A stretch of 64,000 bases of DNA from Heteronotia binoei. Its lineage: Eukaryota. Shown here piece after piece: positions 36,464 to 48,423 of the stretch. A program made the position numbers and the translations under genes. The first letter of the stretch is position 1. Every line of letters begins with the position of its first letter. The stretch lies in assembly GCF_032191835.1 (NCBI RefSeq), contig NC_083237.1, positions 35,650,001-35,714,000 on the forward strand. Reading direction: 5' to 3'. The notes beneath the pieces were generated by a model that was given only the letters and a program-made list of their open reading frames with translations, made no database searches and was not told the DNA's origin.

Positions 36464-38844
36464 CTTTACAGAAAAACTTATCCCTCTGCAGGTGAAGGAA
36501 CTCAGTAGAGGTACAGAAGCATACAGGCACCATGAGCGAGGGTGAGGGAAGGGTGTCACCAAATGGTGGAAATTACATGTGCACAGAAGTCAGGACATTG
36601 TATTTTCAGTTGGTGAGAGTCTCTATATGAAGCTCTGTAAAGGTTCAAAGAGAACAGTAGATTGTCTTCAAGAAAAAAAAATTAGAACTTTCTCTATCCA
36701 TTGTTTTAATCATGTGAAAATACTTGTATTAGATAACATATGCCCATATTTATTTCACTTATATCCATTTTTCTCCCCAATGAAGAGCCAAAATGGCTTC
36801 CATAATTCTCTTCTTCCTCTTCCTCTTCATGACAACCCTGAGAGATAGGTTGACTGAGGTTATGTGACTGACCCAAGGTCACTCAGCAAGTTTCCATGGT
36901 GGAGCAAAGAGTTTGAACCTGAGTCTCTTAAATCCTAATCCGACACTCTGTCCATTACACCACACAGGCTCTCGGACTGGTCAGCTGACAAAGATTTGTT
37001 TGAAACGTAAAACCTCAATGAGATGATGATGCAAGGGTGGAATAGGAGGCCCAAATACTTCTGATTGGTGGGAAGTGGAGGCCTCCTATCCTTATTGTCC
37101 ATTTCTTCTGTACTCCAAACAGGGCATGGGAAAGCCACAGGTTTGGAGGCCAGGCAAAATCATACTGTTGTTTTGAATTTATCCCAGACTTCTAGCAGGC
37201 TAGTAGTACTTACTATAGCATTAATTTCAAGGGAAGACAGTGATAACTGCTCATAATTCTTGCATCTTGCAAGTACGTTGGTACTTGGACCTACCTGGAG
37301 CAACTGATGACAATGGAGATCTTTCTGGGGATCAACCACAGCATGGGACAACAGAAAGAGAATAAAAGATTTGAGAAAAAATGATGACTGTCTCTTCTCT
37401 CATCACATACTTTTGCACTCAGGTCCAGGTGAAAGTGAGGGACTCAGAAGTGTGGAGGCCACAGGTTGGGAAGTTGTACATCCAGGATGAAGTCTCCCTG
37501 AACACTGGCCAAGGCAGCTGAAGACAATCCTTGGGTTATGCTGTGAGAGTGACATCACAATATGGAGGGGAGGGGAAATTTCTAAGGTGAAGATATCACA
37601 ATGTGGAGGTAGGATTGCCAACCTCCTGGTGGTAGTTGCATATCTCCTGGAATTTCAGCTGATCTTCAGCAGACAGATCAGGTCACCTGGGAAAAAAAAT
37701 GGCTGCTTTGGAAGGTGGACTCTATTGAAACTCCTCCCTTTCCCCAAACCCTGCCCTTCTCAGGCTCCACTCCAAAAATCTCCAGGCATTTCCCAGCCAG
37801 GAGCTGGTGATCCTAGCCAGGGAAAGGGAGATTTTTGAGGTGAAGACATTGCAATGTTGAGAGGAGGGAGAGATTTCTCAGGTGAGGACATCACAATGTG
37901 TGATCCTTCCTAAACAGAGGATACCACAAAGTGCAGGCCATTGTTTATGCTTCTAAGACCGTAACACTTTCTCCATGTACCAAGTATATCCAAACTCTTC
38001 TCTAAATATCCTACAATCCTAACAGTCTGTACCATACAGCTTCACAGCTAGCCGGTACAAATTGCTTTGCAGAGATCATGCTAGTTTCCAAGCCCTCCAT
38101 TCCCCCCCCCCGCCCCGAATCATCACACATTATCACTAATTTTCCAATGTAGATGCTGGCACCAACTGGAGTTCACACATACCAGTTTGTCTGTGGACTC
38201 TCTAATGACACCTCTGTACAACATGCAATAGATTGACTACACAAACTATTGCAGAGCCCCAGGGGCTTGTTTTAAATTAAATGGAAAGATTCAACTAGCT
38301 TTTCTGCCAGTGAAAAAAACAATTTTGGGGGGGGGTCCCCTCTAACAACTCAACAAAACTATGATAACAGTCAGGGGACGTGTATGGACAAAAATGATGT
38401 GGGAACAAGGGCTCTAATAAGGATGGTGAGGTTTAACAATAAAGCTGGCTGGGTCCAAAGTGAGGCACAGAGCTTGACCTTTGAATGTGAAATGCAATTG
38501 TAAAGACAAGAGCACCACTGAGCAAGATCAGATTATTTTCCCCTATGAAGTCACAAAGCACAACTCCATATACTGGGGTGTGGGAGACAGGGCTTCCAAT
38601 AAGATGGTCCTGAAAAACATCTCTTTTTAAAAGATTGTTTTCTTCATTGCTGCTACAGCAAACCTAGCCCATCATGACCTGTTTATTTTCAGCTTATTTA
38701 CAAGGACCCAGCCCTTTCCCTATTTACCAAAGACCATGTGTCCTTCTAAGAACTCAACACTAATTGGGGGTGTAATTAAAGATGAAAGTGATGGGGGGTA
38801 ACATATATCTTTGCCTCCTGTACTGCAGAGTACCAGCCACACCC

Positions 38845-39015
38845 CGTCTCAGCAATGTGAGGGCTCTCATAGCAGCTGCCCTTTCAAGGACAACCTCTGC
38901 CAGGGCTATGGCTGACCCAAGGCCATTCCAGCAGGTGCAAGTGGAGGAGTGGGGAATTAAACCCGGTTCTCCCAGATAAGAGTCCGTACACTTAACCACT
39001 ACACCAAACTGGCCT
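38845..39015 (-). mobile_element. tRNA-headed SINE, 5' part (copy)
   Basis: Reverse complement of the 5' 170 bp of 3711-3990. Confidence 0.75.
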
Positions 39016-39468
39016 CCATTTGCCAGAACATTATTACCAAAAATCATGTATAAGTCACCCAGGAAAAGAAACCTAAAGTGCCTGATGGAGGGAACACAGC
39101 CAGAATGTGATACAAAAACACAAAATGGTGAGGGGAGGGGGACATACTGTGTTAGCAGAAGGTAAACAGAATAAAAAGAACCTAGATAATGGCAACCTGC
39201 TGCACAGAAACAGGAAATAAAAGATTACAAAATATGAGTCATGGATTATTAGTTTCCTGGGGGGCAGAAATCTCAAGGAATCAATGGGAAGGATTGCGAA
39301 AGTCCTTCCATTGCTCAACAGTTCAAGATTTCTGGGTGACAGGACTAGGTGCTTGGTTTCCTGCTTTCCTTTGTCTTGCAATTCTTCTCTTTAGCACTGA
39401 CTGCTGAGCAGCTCATCATGAGAGTGGGCAGATGCTCATTCAGTCCCCCAACAGAGTAGTGTATAGCC

Positions 39469-40039
39469 CAGGGATGTTGAACTCATTTGTTATGAGGGGC
39501 GGATTTGACATAAATGAAACCTTGTTGGGCCGGGCCACATGTGTACCTATTTATGATTAGGTTGCAGAGATATAAACGTTATAAAGAACACAAACACAAT
39601 TAAAGATTTTTTTTTCTTTTAAAAAGAACCCCTTAAAACATGCTTAAAATATCAGCACTCATTTATCTTAAAGTTGCTCTCTTTCTCTCCTGTGCAATCC
39701 AGGGAACTGGGAAAAGAAGTTCTGATTCTTTCCTTCCCTCCCCAAGGGACCAGGAGGAGGAGAAGGGAGCCAATAGAAAGAAGAGAGAAAGTAGCTCTGT
39801 GTGATTGAGAGATTGAGAACCTGGCAAAGCAAGCCCTCCCTCTCTGCCTTCCTCCTCGGGGAGGAGCTTCAGCCAATGGAGAAAATAGAGGCTTTGCTCT
39901 GTAGTGCAATTGAGCAAGCTGTGAGACAGAAGCAAGCAAGAGTGGGAAAAGGAAGCAGATGACAGCCAGTTGCTTGGGGGCCTGATAGGAGACCTCTGGG
40001 GCCCAATTTGTCCCCCGGGCCGTATGTTTGACACCCCTG
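39469..40039 (-). mobile_element. hAT-type MITE (CAGGGGTGTCAAAC family), inverted copy
   Basis: Reverse complement of 35900-36463; TSD GTATAGCC / GAATAGCC (7/8). Confidence 0.8.
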
Positions 40040-43000
40040 GAATAGCCAGTGAGGTGCGGTGATTAGTGTTGGACTAGGACCTAGGAAACTCAAGTTCAAA
40101 TGCCCACAGAAGCTTGCAAGGTGAGCTCAGCCTACCTTAACATACAGGTTGCTGTTGTGAAGATAAGCTTCAGACAGGGAGAAGGATGCTGTTAGCAACT
40201 TTGGGACCCCACTGAGGAGAAATGTAGGGTGTAGATATTAAAGTAATGAAACATCTGTACCCAGGGGTTTCAAGCTAGGGACGATGACACTGAGGAAGTC
40301 ATGAGTCCCAGCACCTGTAATGTTGTAATCAGCCTTTAAAACCAAGACTCTTGTACAACAAGCAGAGGGCAAATGCCCCTTCGCAGGATTTTGGATGTTA
40401 TACCAATTGCCCTCTTGCAGCTGAACAGACACCTCCTTCCACTGGGGAAATGCTTAAATTGCGTGCACTTGAGGACTGTATGTCTCTACTCCCCAAGTTC
40501 TTTTTTGGGCATTATGACAGAGATAATGCATTTTTTTAAAAAGGCAAACAACACTTCTAGGTTGCTGTTTCTTACTTCTGTAATAATGAAATTTTAAGGA
40601 ATAAACAAGCCCTCTGCTCCCAGATGTGTGGAGACCCAGAAAATAATAAGAGTTGCAGGAGGACACATGATTTGCAATTACATTATTTTTCTTGTGTTTT
40701 TGTATTTTTATCCAGTGTGCTGTGGGTGTACGCACCTGAAAGTCATGGCAATGTCTGGTGACTGACCCCTACTGGGGCCATCGAGGATATTCAGAGAGAT
40801 GGCTGAATAAAGCCTGCCCCTGCTTCCAGCTCTGGTATTTCAAGGAACTCTCCCATCCAAGTACCTGCCAGAGTCCAAATGACTCTGCTTAGCTTCTGAG
40901 ATCAGACTTGCCTGGGCTATCCAGGTCAGCACTGCAATTACACTGTTAATATTAAGCAGATCTCTGCCTGATTGGTACTTGGATGAGAGTTTCCTTGGGA
41001 ACGTCATGGATATCTCAAAGTACCTAAATGAAAGTGAAAAGGATGAAGCAGGTAAGATCCAGATCTATCGAGACAGATGATCCTGTCTGTGTACTCCACC
41101 AGCTCTACAATGATCAATTTGCTATACTGCAGGGATGGCCAACGGTCGCTCTCCAGATGTTTTTTGCCTACAACTCCCATCAGCCCCAGCCATTGGCCAT
41201 GCTGGCTGGGGCTGATGGGAGTTGTAGTCAAAAAAACATCTGGAGAGCTACCGTTGCCCACCCCTGCTACACTGTGTGCCCACAAAACACTTCTAATTCT
41301 GCTCCTGACACCAACCTAGGCATTTCGTTCTCCTTCTGATTTACATCATTAGCCCTTTGCACAGAAAGCATGTCAGAAGTTGGCAGTCTTAGAACGTCAC
41401 ACAGTAAATCACATGCTGAAGTCTGGATCTGCCAGGCCTTGTTTCATGAGCAGCTTCTTTCAGTCTCTTGCTTCACTTTCTCCCCTGGCCAAAAACAGAC
41501 TGGGCAGGGCAAAGCCTAGAAGCTGCGGGCCTAAATGCTATCTCCCCTACATGCAGGGTTGCCCGTCTCCGGGTGCAGCTTGGAGTTCTAGAGTTACAGA
41601 CTATAGAGATCTGTCTCCCTGGAGAAGATGGTTGATTTAAAGGGTTGCCTCTATGGTACTATAGCCTGCTAAGCTCCTTCCCCTACAGACCTCACCTCCA
41701 GGTTCCACCTGCAAACTTTCCAAGAATTCCTTATAAGGAAGCTTGTTACCCTACCTACTTAAATTGGGAGAGTCTCAAATTTAAGATGGATTTACCACAG
41801 CACATGGCTTTGTAGCCAGTTTTACTGTGCTTTAAGGTTCCTAAATGGTAAAAATTCAGATAAACTGTACAGGAGCTGAGCTTGTTGAAAGAACACACTG
41901 GGGAAAACCAACTCAGGTCACTTGCAAGCTTAATCAAATGAGTTTCACTTGCTTATTTAGAACTTCTTGTAAGAACCCCACTTTGCTATAAATAGACTGA
42001 GTAATTTTGCTAAACCTGTGCTCCCAGGGATAGTTTTCTGCCCCAAGAAAATACCTCCTTGTAGTATGTTCTCAAGTATATCAGTATCTCTCCAGAGCAC
42101 TTGACATGTTTCCCGGGATGGAAAGTGGGGAGAGACCCTCAAGGGTTTTGTATCTAAGGTACTAAAGCATTCTAATAACAAAATCAATAGATATCTGGGG
42201 TTGATTACATAAGGAAATTAGTTAAGTGGTAAATAGCTGTTTTTAGGGGATGCTGTTTACTGATGTGCAGGTGGCCATGAACTAAGAGGAAAAAGCTGAA
42301 GAGAGCATTTTTATGCATTTTGCTCCCTGCCCTGGAGGCATACCTAGATTAGAATTCAAATAATTGAATAAAGATTTACCGTCCTTTGTCATTGTTGCTA
42401 CAGGTTTTTTTTGTCACTGCAAGAAGAAAGAGTGGGCACACTTTTTTGTATTATTCCAGTTACAAATACCCAGGAAAATTGCCACCCCCTCTTGACTGAC
42501 AAGACTAAGACTATTGCTTAGCACTTCAACACCTGCTAAAAGAAAAAAGTATATTCTTCTCAATAACAATATTATACACAAGTCCCTTTATTCATTATGG
42601 CAGTATGAATGGAAGGGTGGCTTTGGTGGGTTAAGGGGCACTTAATCTTTGCCAAGCAATCTGCCCTGAAATGAAAAGTATCTGTTCTTCTGCTAAGAAG
42701 GAAAAAAGGACTTCTGACTTTCCAGAGCTAATGTTGTGCCTCCCTGGCTGGCAGTGCAGGAGAGCAGCCAAAGGACTGTTGTATAACAGTCAAAGTGTTT
42801 GTATAATCTCTTGTCACCAATGCTGGGAATCTGCTCTCACACCTCAATCCTACGGCCTGCTGGACCAAGCCCAGCAGGCCAGGCTTGTCCCCAAGATTCC
42901 ATTCTGTTGGGACAACTTTGCAGGTCATCTGGGTCCTCTTCTCGGAATGACATTAGGACTGTTTTGTCAGGATTCCTTACCTAGAGCAGAAGCCAGGAAC

Positions 43001-43194
43001 TGCTGACCCCTGCTGGCTGGAATGAGCACACAGTTAGGGCATCACAAAGGACTGGCGCCCAGACTCACTGTCCAAATCTAGCATCTTCCATCCTTCACAG
43101 GCCAGTCTTTGCCATTCAGACCTGCAGAAGGGCCAGCACATGAAAGGATATGCAAACAATTAAACCATGGAGTGCAGAGGAAGGAAGATATAAA

Positions 43195-43478
43195 AGGTAA
43201 AGATAGTTCCCTGCAAGCACCAGTTGTTTCCAACTCTGGAGTGATGTCACTTCACAATGTTTTCACGGCAGACTTTTTTACAGGGTGGTTTGCCATTGCC
43301 TTCCCCAGTCATCTACACTTTACCCCCAGCAAGCTGGGTACTCATTTTACTGACCTCAGAAGGATGGAAGGCTGAGTTAACCTTGAGCCAGCTGCCTGAA
43401 CCCAGCTTCCACTGGGATTGAACTCAGATCATAAGCAGAGCTTGGACTGCAATGCTGCAGCTTAGCACTCTGGGCCAC
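43195..43478 (-). mobile_element. Sauria-type SINE
   Basis: AAAGGTAAAG tail (reverse complement of ACCTTT repeats) and core CTCATTTTACTGACCTCAGAAGGATGGAAGGCTGAG; second copy at 57490-57775. Confidence 0.75.
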
Positions 43479-45971
43479 AAGGCTCTCTAAGGAAAATATA
43501 GACCTCCACTGTTGTTTTTCTTGGTCTAACAATCCTCTAGAAGGATATTCAAAAGGCTCTAAGAAGATTCTGGCAGATAAGTTCCCATACAAATGAAACC
43601 CAATTCTCTCCCTTATGCAAGGACCCTCCCATTAAAATACTGCATCCCCAGCTCATGCTCTTATTCAGGCTTCCCACCTGCAAGTCATCCCTCTCTCCAA
43701 GTTCTCAAGAATTTTGTCCACTGACCCAATCCACTCCATTCCCTATTTTTTTTTTTTTTTTGCTATTATAAACACATTCAGACTGCCAGGTATTGAAAGA
43801 GTTTCAGCTGACCATTCACCTCTGGCAATTAATTGATTCAATGGAATGCTCAATACAGATGACACTGGAGAAACAATAAACTATTTCAAAAGCAAAGAAT
43901 GGAATCATCTATTTTTTTAAAAAAAGTTTGACAGGAAAAAGTTTTGCAAGGGTTGTTGTGAGGATAAAATGTGGAAGAGCTCCTAGCTACAAATAATAGT
44001 GTAATTTAATTTAATTAACCACCAAACATACAGAGTCCATTGCCTACCAAGCATTCAAAGATCTTTTGTAAGAAGCCCAGAAACTGTCATTATTCACTTC
44101 CTTACTTTTATTGGTTTTCAGCAAGATGGCTGGAAGGAGAATGCCTAGAGTATCTTTTAAAACAGGACTCCAGTGCACCTTAGAAACAGAATTTATACCA
44201 GTATAAGCTTTTACTAGAGTCCGAGCTCACTTCCTCAGATCTTTTAAAAAATCATTTGCTTTATTTACAGCACATCTTTCTCACTGAAACTCAAGGCAGC
44301 TTGCAGAATAAGGACAATATACTCCTACTGCATAAGACATCCAATGGACAACACAATGGTACAGAATTTAAAAGAACAATGTGGGGGAAAGCAGCATAAG
44401 ACAAGTTCTACTGTAAGCAGTGTACAAAACAAAGCTGTACAGACAGGATAACAACTAGAATAGCAGTTACGTAGGGTCTGAGGGGAGGGATCCCTGGGAA
44501 GTCACAGAGTTATTTTAAAGGCTCTGGCAAATCCATCCACACGCCATGCTAAAGCTTGTCATTTTAATCTTTTTATCATTGTGTATTTTCTAGATCAACA
44601 AATACTAATAGTACAATTACTATCATGTGGGAGAGGGTGTCCCAGATTGTTGTTAACAAGGGTTCCTCATATTTGAAAAGGTTGGGAACCACCGACCTTG
44701 AATCATTACTGCAGCAGACCGCAATCCAGTTCCATTGTTAAAGGCTGTTCCAGTCTGCTACGGATGCGTTAATTTTATGTTCATTAAACTAACAACAGAA
44801 AGACGGGAAATATTACAAAGAGGGACCAGATTTAAACAAGATCTGATCAAAAAGGACTTTGTAATTTTTTTTGTACTGCCCCCAAGTGGACAGAGAATAG
44901 CTGTGTGTTCCAAAACATCTACCTGCTCATGCACTCCAGGACTGATAATGAATGCTCTCAGTTTTTGTTAGCTGGAAAGAGTATGCATGCTAAGAGGGAT
45001 CTCTGTTTCCACTTGTGGGCTGTGCAAGCATGGTGTAGATGTAATACAGTTCCACATTACACTACATCTTTTTATTTTTTAATTCTGCATCTGCAGACTT
45101 GAAAGGACCTTGTGTGTTCACATGTCATCCTTTTAATTATAAAAAAATAAAATAACTATCATTGTTATTACCATTACCACAGGTAATTCTTTGTGAGTTG
45201 TAACTAAGGACAAAAACCCATCCAGAGTTATACTGGGAAAAATGCATCTGGTGAAACTGAATCACAAGTTGTGATTCACAACCAAGAGTGAATGGAGCCT
45301 TTCAGATTTACATTTGCCATTCTTCATTGCTACCAAAATCAATGAGTGTATTTTAAAAACTATTTTACTTGTATTACTTGCCACTAAAAACTCTCATCAG
45401 AGTGGGCAGGATGCTATCTTTACCACTTACTGGAATATAGCCCCAGCTTTAATTGCCATGTAAACCTACAGAACTGAACTGAGCACAGAAACTGAGACTT
45501 GAAAGGGCAGCCATGAGAGCTAGAAAAGATTCTTCAATGTCAGGATGCATGGATAGGGTACAAAATCAAGGCAGGGCCATAGCCAGGATTTCACATTTGG
45601 TAGGGCTCACAGCACGATTTGTTGTTGGGGGGGGGCAGTTTGGTGGCCTTGGGCTCTCAGCACTGTAAACTCCCTTGAGTTCCACAAGCTAACCCCCCTT
45701 CGCCTGGACAGTCACAGAAGCACTGCTCCCCCCCACTCCTTTCTTATGTGCCCCTCTCTCAGAGAAACAGAGCCCTCTTGACTCCCCGCCCCCTCCGCTT
45801 TGTTCTGCATGCTGTGTTATGGAAAGGGAGAGAAAAAAGCGAAAAGACCAGCAGCAATGCTACTACTTGCTCAGAGCAGTGGTGAGCAAAGGGGACAGAT
45901 TGGGGCCCTCCAATGGAGGGGCCATACAGGCCTGAACCAAGGTAACTCACAACATACTATTCCCTGTTCCT

Positions 45972-46180
45972 GTGTATGAATGTGCAAGTTGAACAATGAA
46001 GAAAGCTGACAGAAAGAAAGTAGATTCCTTTGAAATGTGGGGCTGGAAGAGCTATGCTTTACGGATGCCATGGACCACCAAAACGACAAATAAGTAGGCT
46101 CAAGATCAAATCTCCCTGAAGCTAAAACGACTCAACTGAAGGCAGCTATCCCACTTTGGTCAGGTTATGAGACTACAAGA
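45972..46180 (+). mobile_element. Degenerate RTE-BovB LINE fragment (RT C-terminus)
   Basis: Translation VYECAS*TMKKADRKKVDSFEMWGWK...MPWT...FGQVMR matches the BovB motif YGCESWTIKKAERRRIDAFELWCWRR...PWT...YFGH.MR. Confidence 0.75.
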
Positions 46181-46379
46181 GTTTTCGTAGCAATAATGCT
46201 GGTAAAAGACGGCAGCACACAAAGAGGGAGACCCGCCATGAGATGGAATGGCTCTACAGTTTGCAAGACTTGAGCAAGGCTGTTGATGGGATGTTTTGAA
46301 GGTCATTGATTCGGAGGGTCTCGGAAAGTCAGACGCGACTAGGGCACTAGTTGACACGCACACGATTTCACGTTGCAGT

Positions 46380-46960
46380 ACGGCTGTATCCGAAATAAGA
46401 TAATGACGTCATACGCCAGGCTGTGACGTTACCCAGACAGTGACATAAGCACCGACTAGTGACAAAACATCCCAGCAGCCCTCATACTTCTCAGACAGTC
46501 TGTTCACCTCAGTACGTAACAATCACCGACAAGGGGAGGAAGGGTAACAACCTCGAGGAAAGAAAACCTTCCTCCAGCCCGCTTTCGCGGTTAGTCAGCC
46601 TCTTAGCTCTGTACAGATACGGTCACGTGGTACGACTCCCGGCTGCTAAGCGCCCCAAACTACAGCTCCCGAGATCCTCCGCGTGACCAATGGGAGAACC
46701 GTACAGGGGTGGGGTCCGCTGGTTAGACCAGGCAGTTAGTGTGAGCGAGGTAAAGATTGGGTGTCTCGCACCGCCGGTCGTTGGGAGGGTAGAGTGGGGG
46801 CCCCTCCCCCCACAGCCCCCCCTGCCCCCTCCCATTAACTCCTTGCTGGGGCGAAGCGGCGGGAAGGGCCGTCAGGCCAGGTGAGAGAATGAGACAAGGG
46901 GAAGGGAGGGGAAGGGACATCGCGCGGGGCCCAGCGGCGGAGAAGGGGGAGGGGCGGTGA
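46380..46960. promoter_or_regulatory. CpG-rich promoter of ZNF628, probably bidirectional; non-coding exon 1 ends at donor 46879
   Basis: High CpG density. CRE TGACGTCA at 46404, GTCACGTGG E-box at 46622, ACTACAgcTCCC ZNF143/THAP11-type motif at 46659, CCAAT at 46687 and reverse ATTGG at 46756. Donor CCAG|gtgaga at 46879/46880. Confidence 0.75.
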
Positions 46961-47422
46961 AGCTCGGTTCCTTAAAGGGGAGGGGCCACATTTAAAGGGG
47001 CATGTCCGCTGCTTGCGGGGATTTTTGTCCTCCGGCAGAAAAGACCTCTTCTGGCTTGAGAGGGGGGAAATTGTGAAGACTTGGGGAAAAAATGAAATGT
47101 TCTGTTGTTGCTCCTAAAAGGGAAGGAAGTTTGATGTCTGCGGTCACAATGAAGAAAAGGGATGGAAGGGAAGCGGGTCCAGCAGTGAACTCTGCACGTG
47201 TTCAGGATAATTGTCATCATATGCTCTGTGGTTGAGTTCTGCTGAGGCCAGGCTCAGATCGAATCCTGCTTCCCAAACTGCAGTGTGCACCAGAATTTCT
47301 CTTAGAGGGAGCACATTCCCCCCCCCCCCGCATATGCAGCTGGGAAGCAGGGCAAGGGCAGCGTGTGTGGTGGTTAAATTGCTGGGTTTGGATCAGAGAA
47401 GCCATCTCTTCCCCCCCCCCCC

Positions 47423-47645
47423 CAGGGTTGCCACCCTCCAGGTGGGTCCTAGAGATCTCCTGCTTTTACAACTGATCTCCAGCTGGCAGAGATCAGCTCC
47501 CCTGGATAAAATGGTTGCTGTGAAGGGTGGACTCTTTCTATGGCATTGTACTATGCTGAGGCCCCTTCTCTCCCCAAACCCTCCCCTCTCCCGGCCCCAC
47601 TCCCAAAGTCTCCAAGTATTTTCAAACGCAGACCTGGCAACCCTA
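47423..47645. mobile_element. hAT-type MITE (AGGGTTGCCA family), representative copy
   Basis: TIR CAGGGTTGCCA / TGGCAACCCTA with core GATCAGTTCCCCTGGAGAAAATGGCTGC. At least 10 related copies: about 4107-4319, 18920-19020, 19540-19737, 21017-21222, 24130-24265, 37609-37817, 41554-41745, 58670-58855, 60905-61094 and 62878-63060. Confidence 0.75.
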
Positions 47646-48423
47646 AATTCACTGAGGATCTTTTCAATCTCAGCCTAACCTACATCACAGGGTTGTTAAT
47701 ATGGGGAGGGATAATAGGATAATTGTGTCCATGCTCTTTGGCAATCTGGAGGGAATAAAAGTGTGGAATGAAGCTGCTCATTTTTATTCCGCTTCCTATG
47801 CCTTGTGGCCTATCTGGCCAAGGGCACATGACTCTGTTCAATGCCACCTTTGCAAGGAAATTCTCTGGCCATAGATGAGTCTCTACATGTACTTATGCCT
47901 CTCTTTTTCCTGCTGTCAAGTCATAGCCTGCTGGAAATTTGCAGCAAGGCATGACATTTAAACCTTGCATGTTCTCAGGCTACAACAGGATGAAGATTCT
48001 AGACATAGTACTTCCCTACTTCCTAAATGTGCTACAGCTTTGAGAAAATCTTCTTGAAATGTTTGTTACTGCTGATTACAGAACTTTATTTGTGTCACAT
48101 CAGCACTGGCTACCATTATTCTCATTTCTAGAAAAGGAACTGAAGCTGATAGATCATGACTCAGTTAAGATCATTGAAAACGTTCATGGCCGAATTGCCA
48201 CTTCTCCCTATCCCAAAGTCTGCAGAGGTCCTATGTGCTCAGTCATCTCAGTATCAAGCAGTGCCTTCCACATCTAATGATGTGAAAAAAAACTTTTTGG
48301 GAGACGTGCTAATTTTTGACCTTATTCTCATGTGAACATGAGGCAGTAGTCCCCTACCTCTGTAACAAATCTGACCCAATCCTGCGGTGATTGTTGCTCC
48401 TAAAAGGGAAGGAAGTTTGATGA

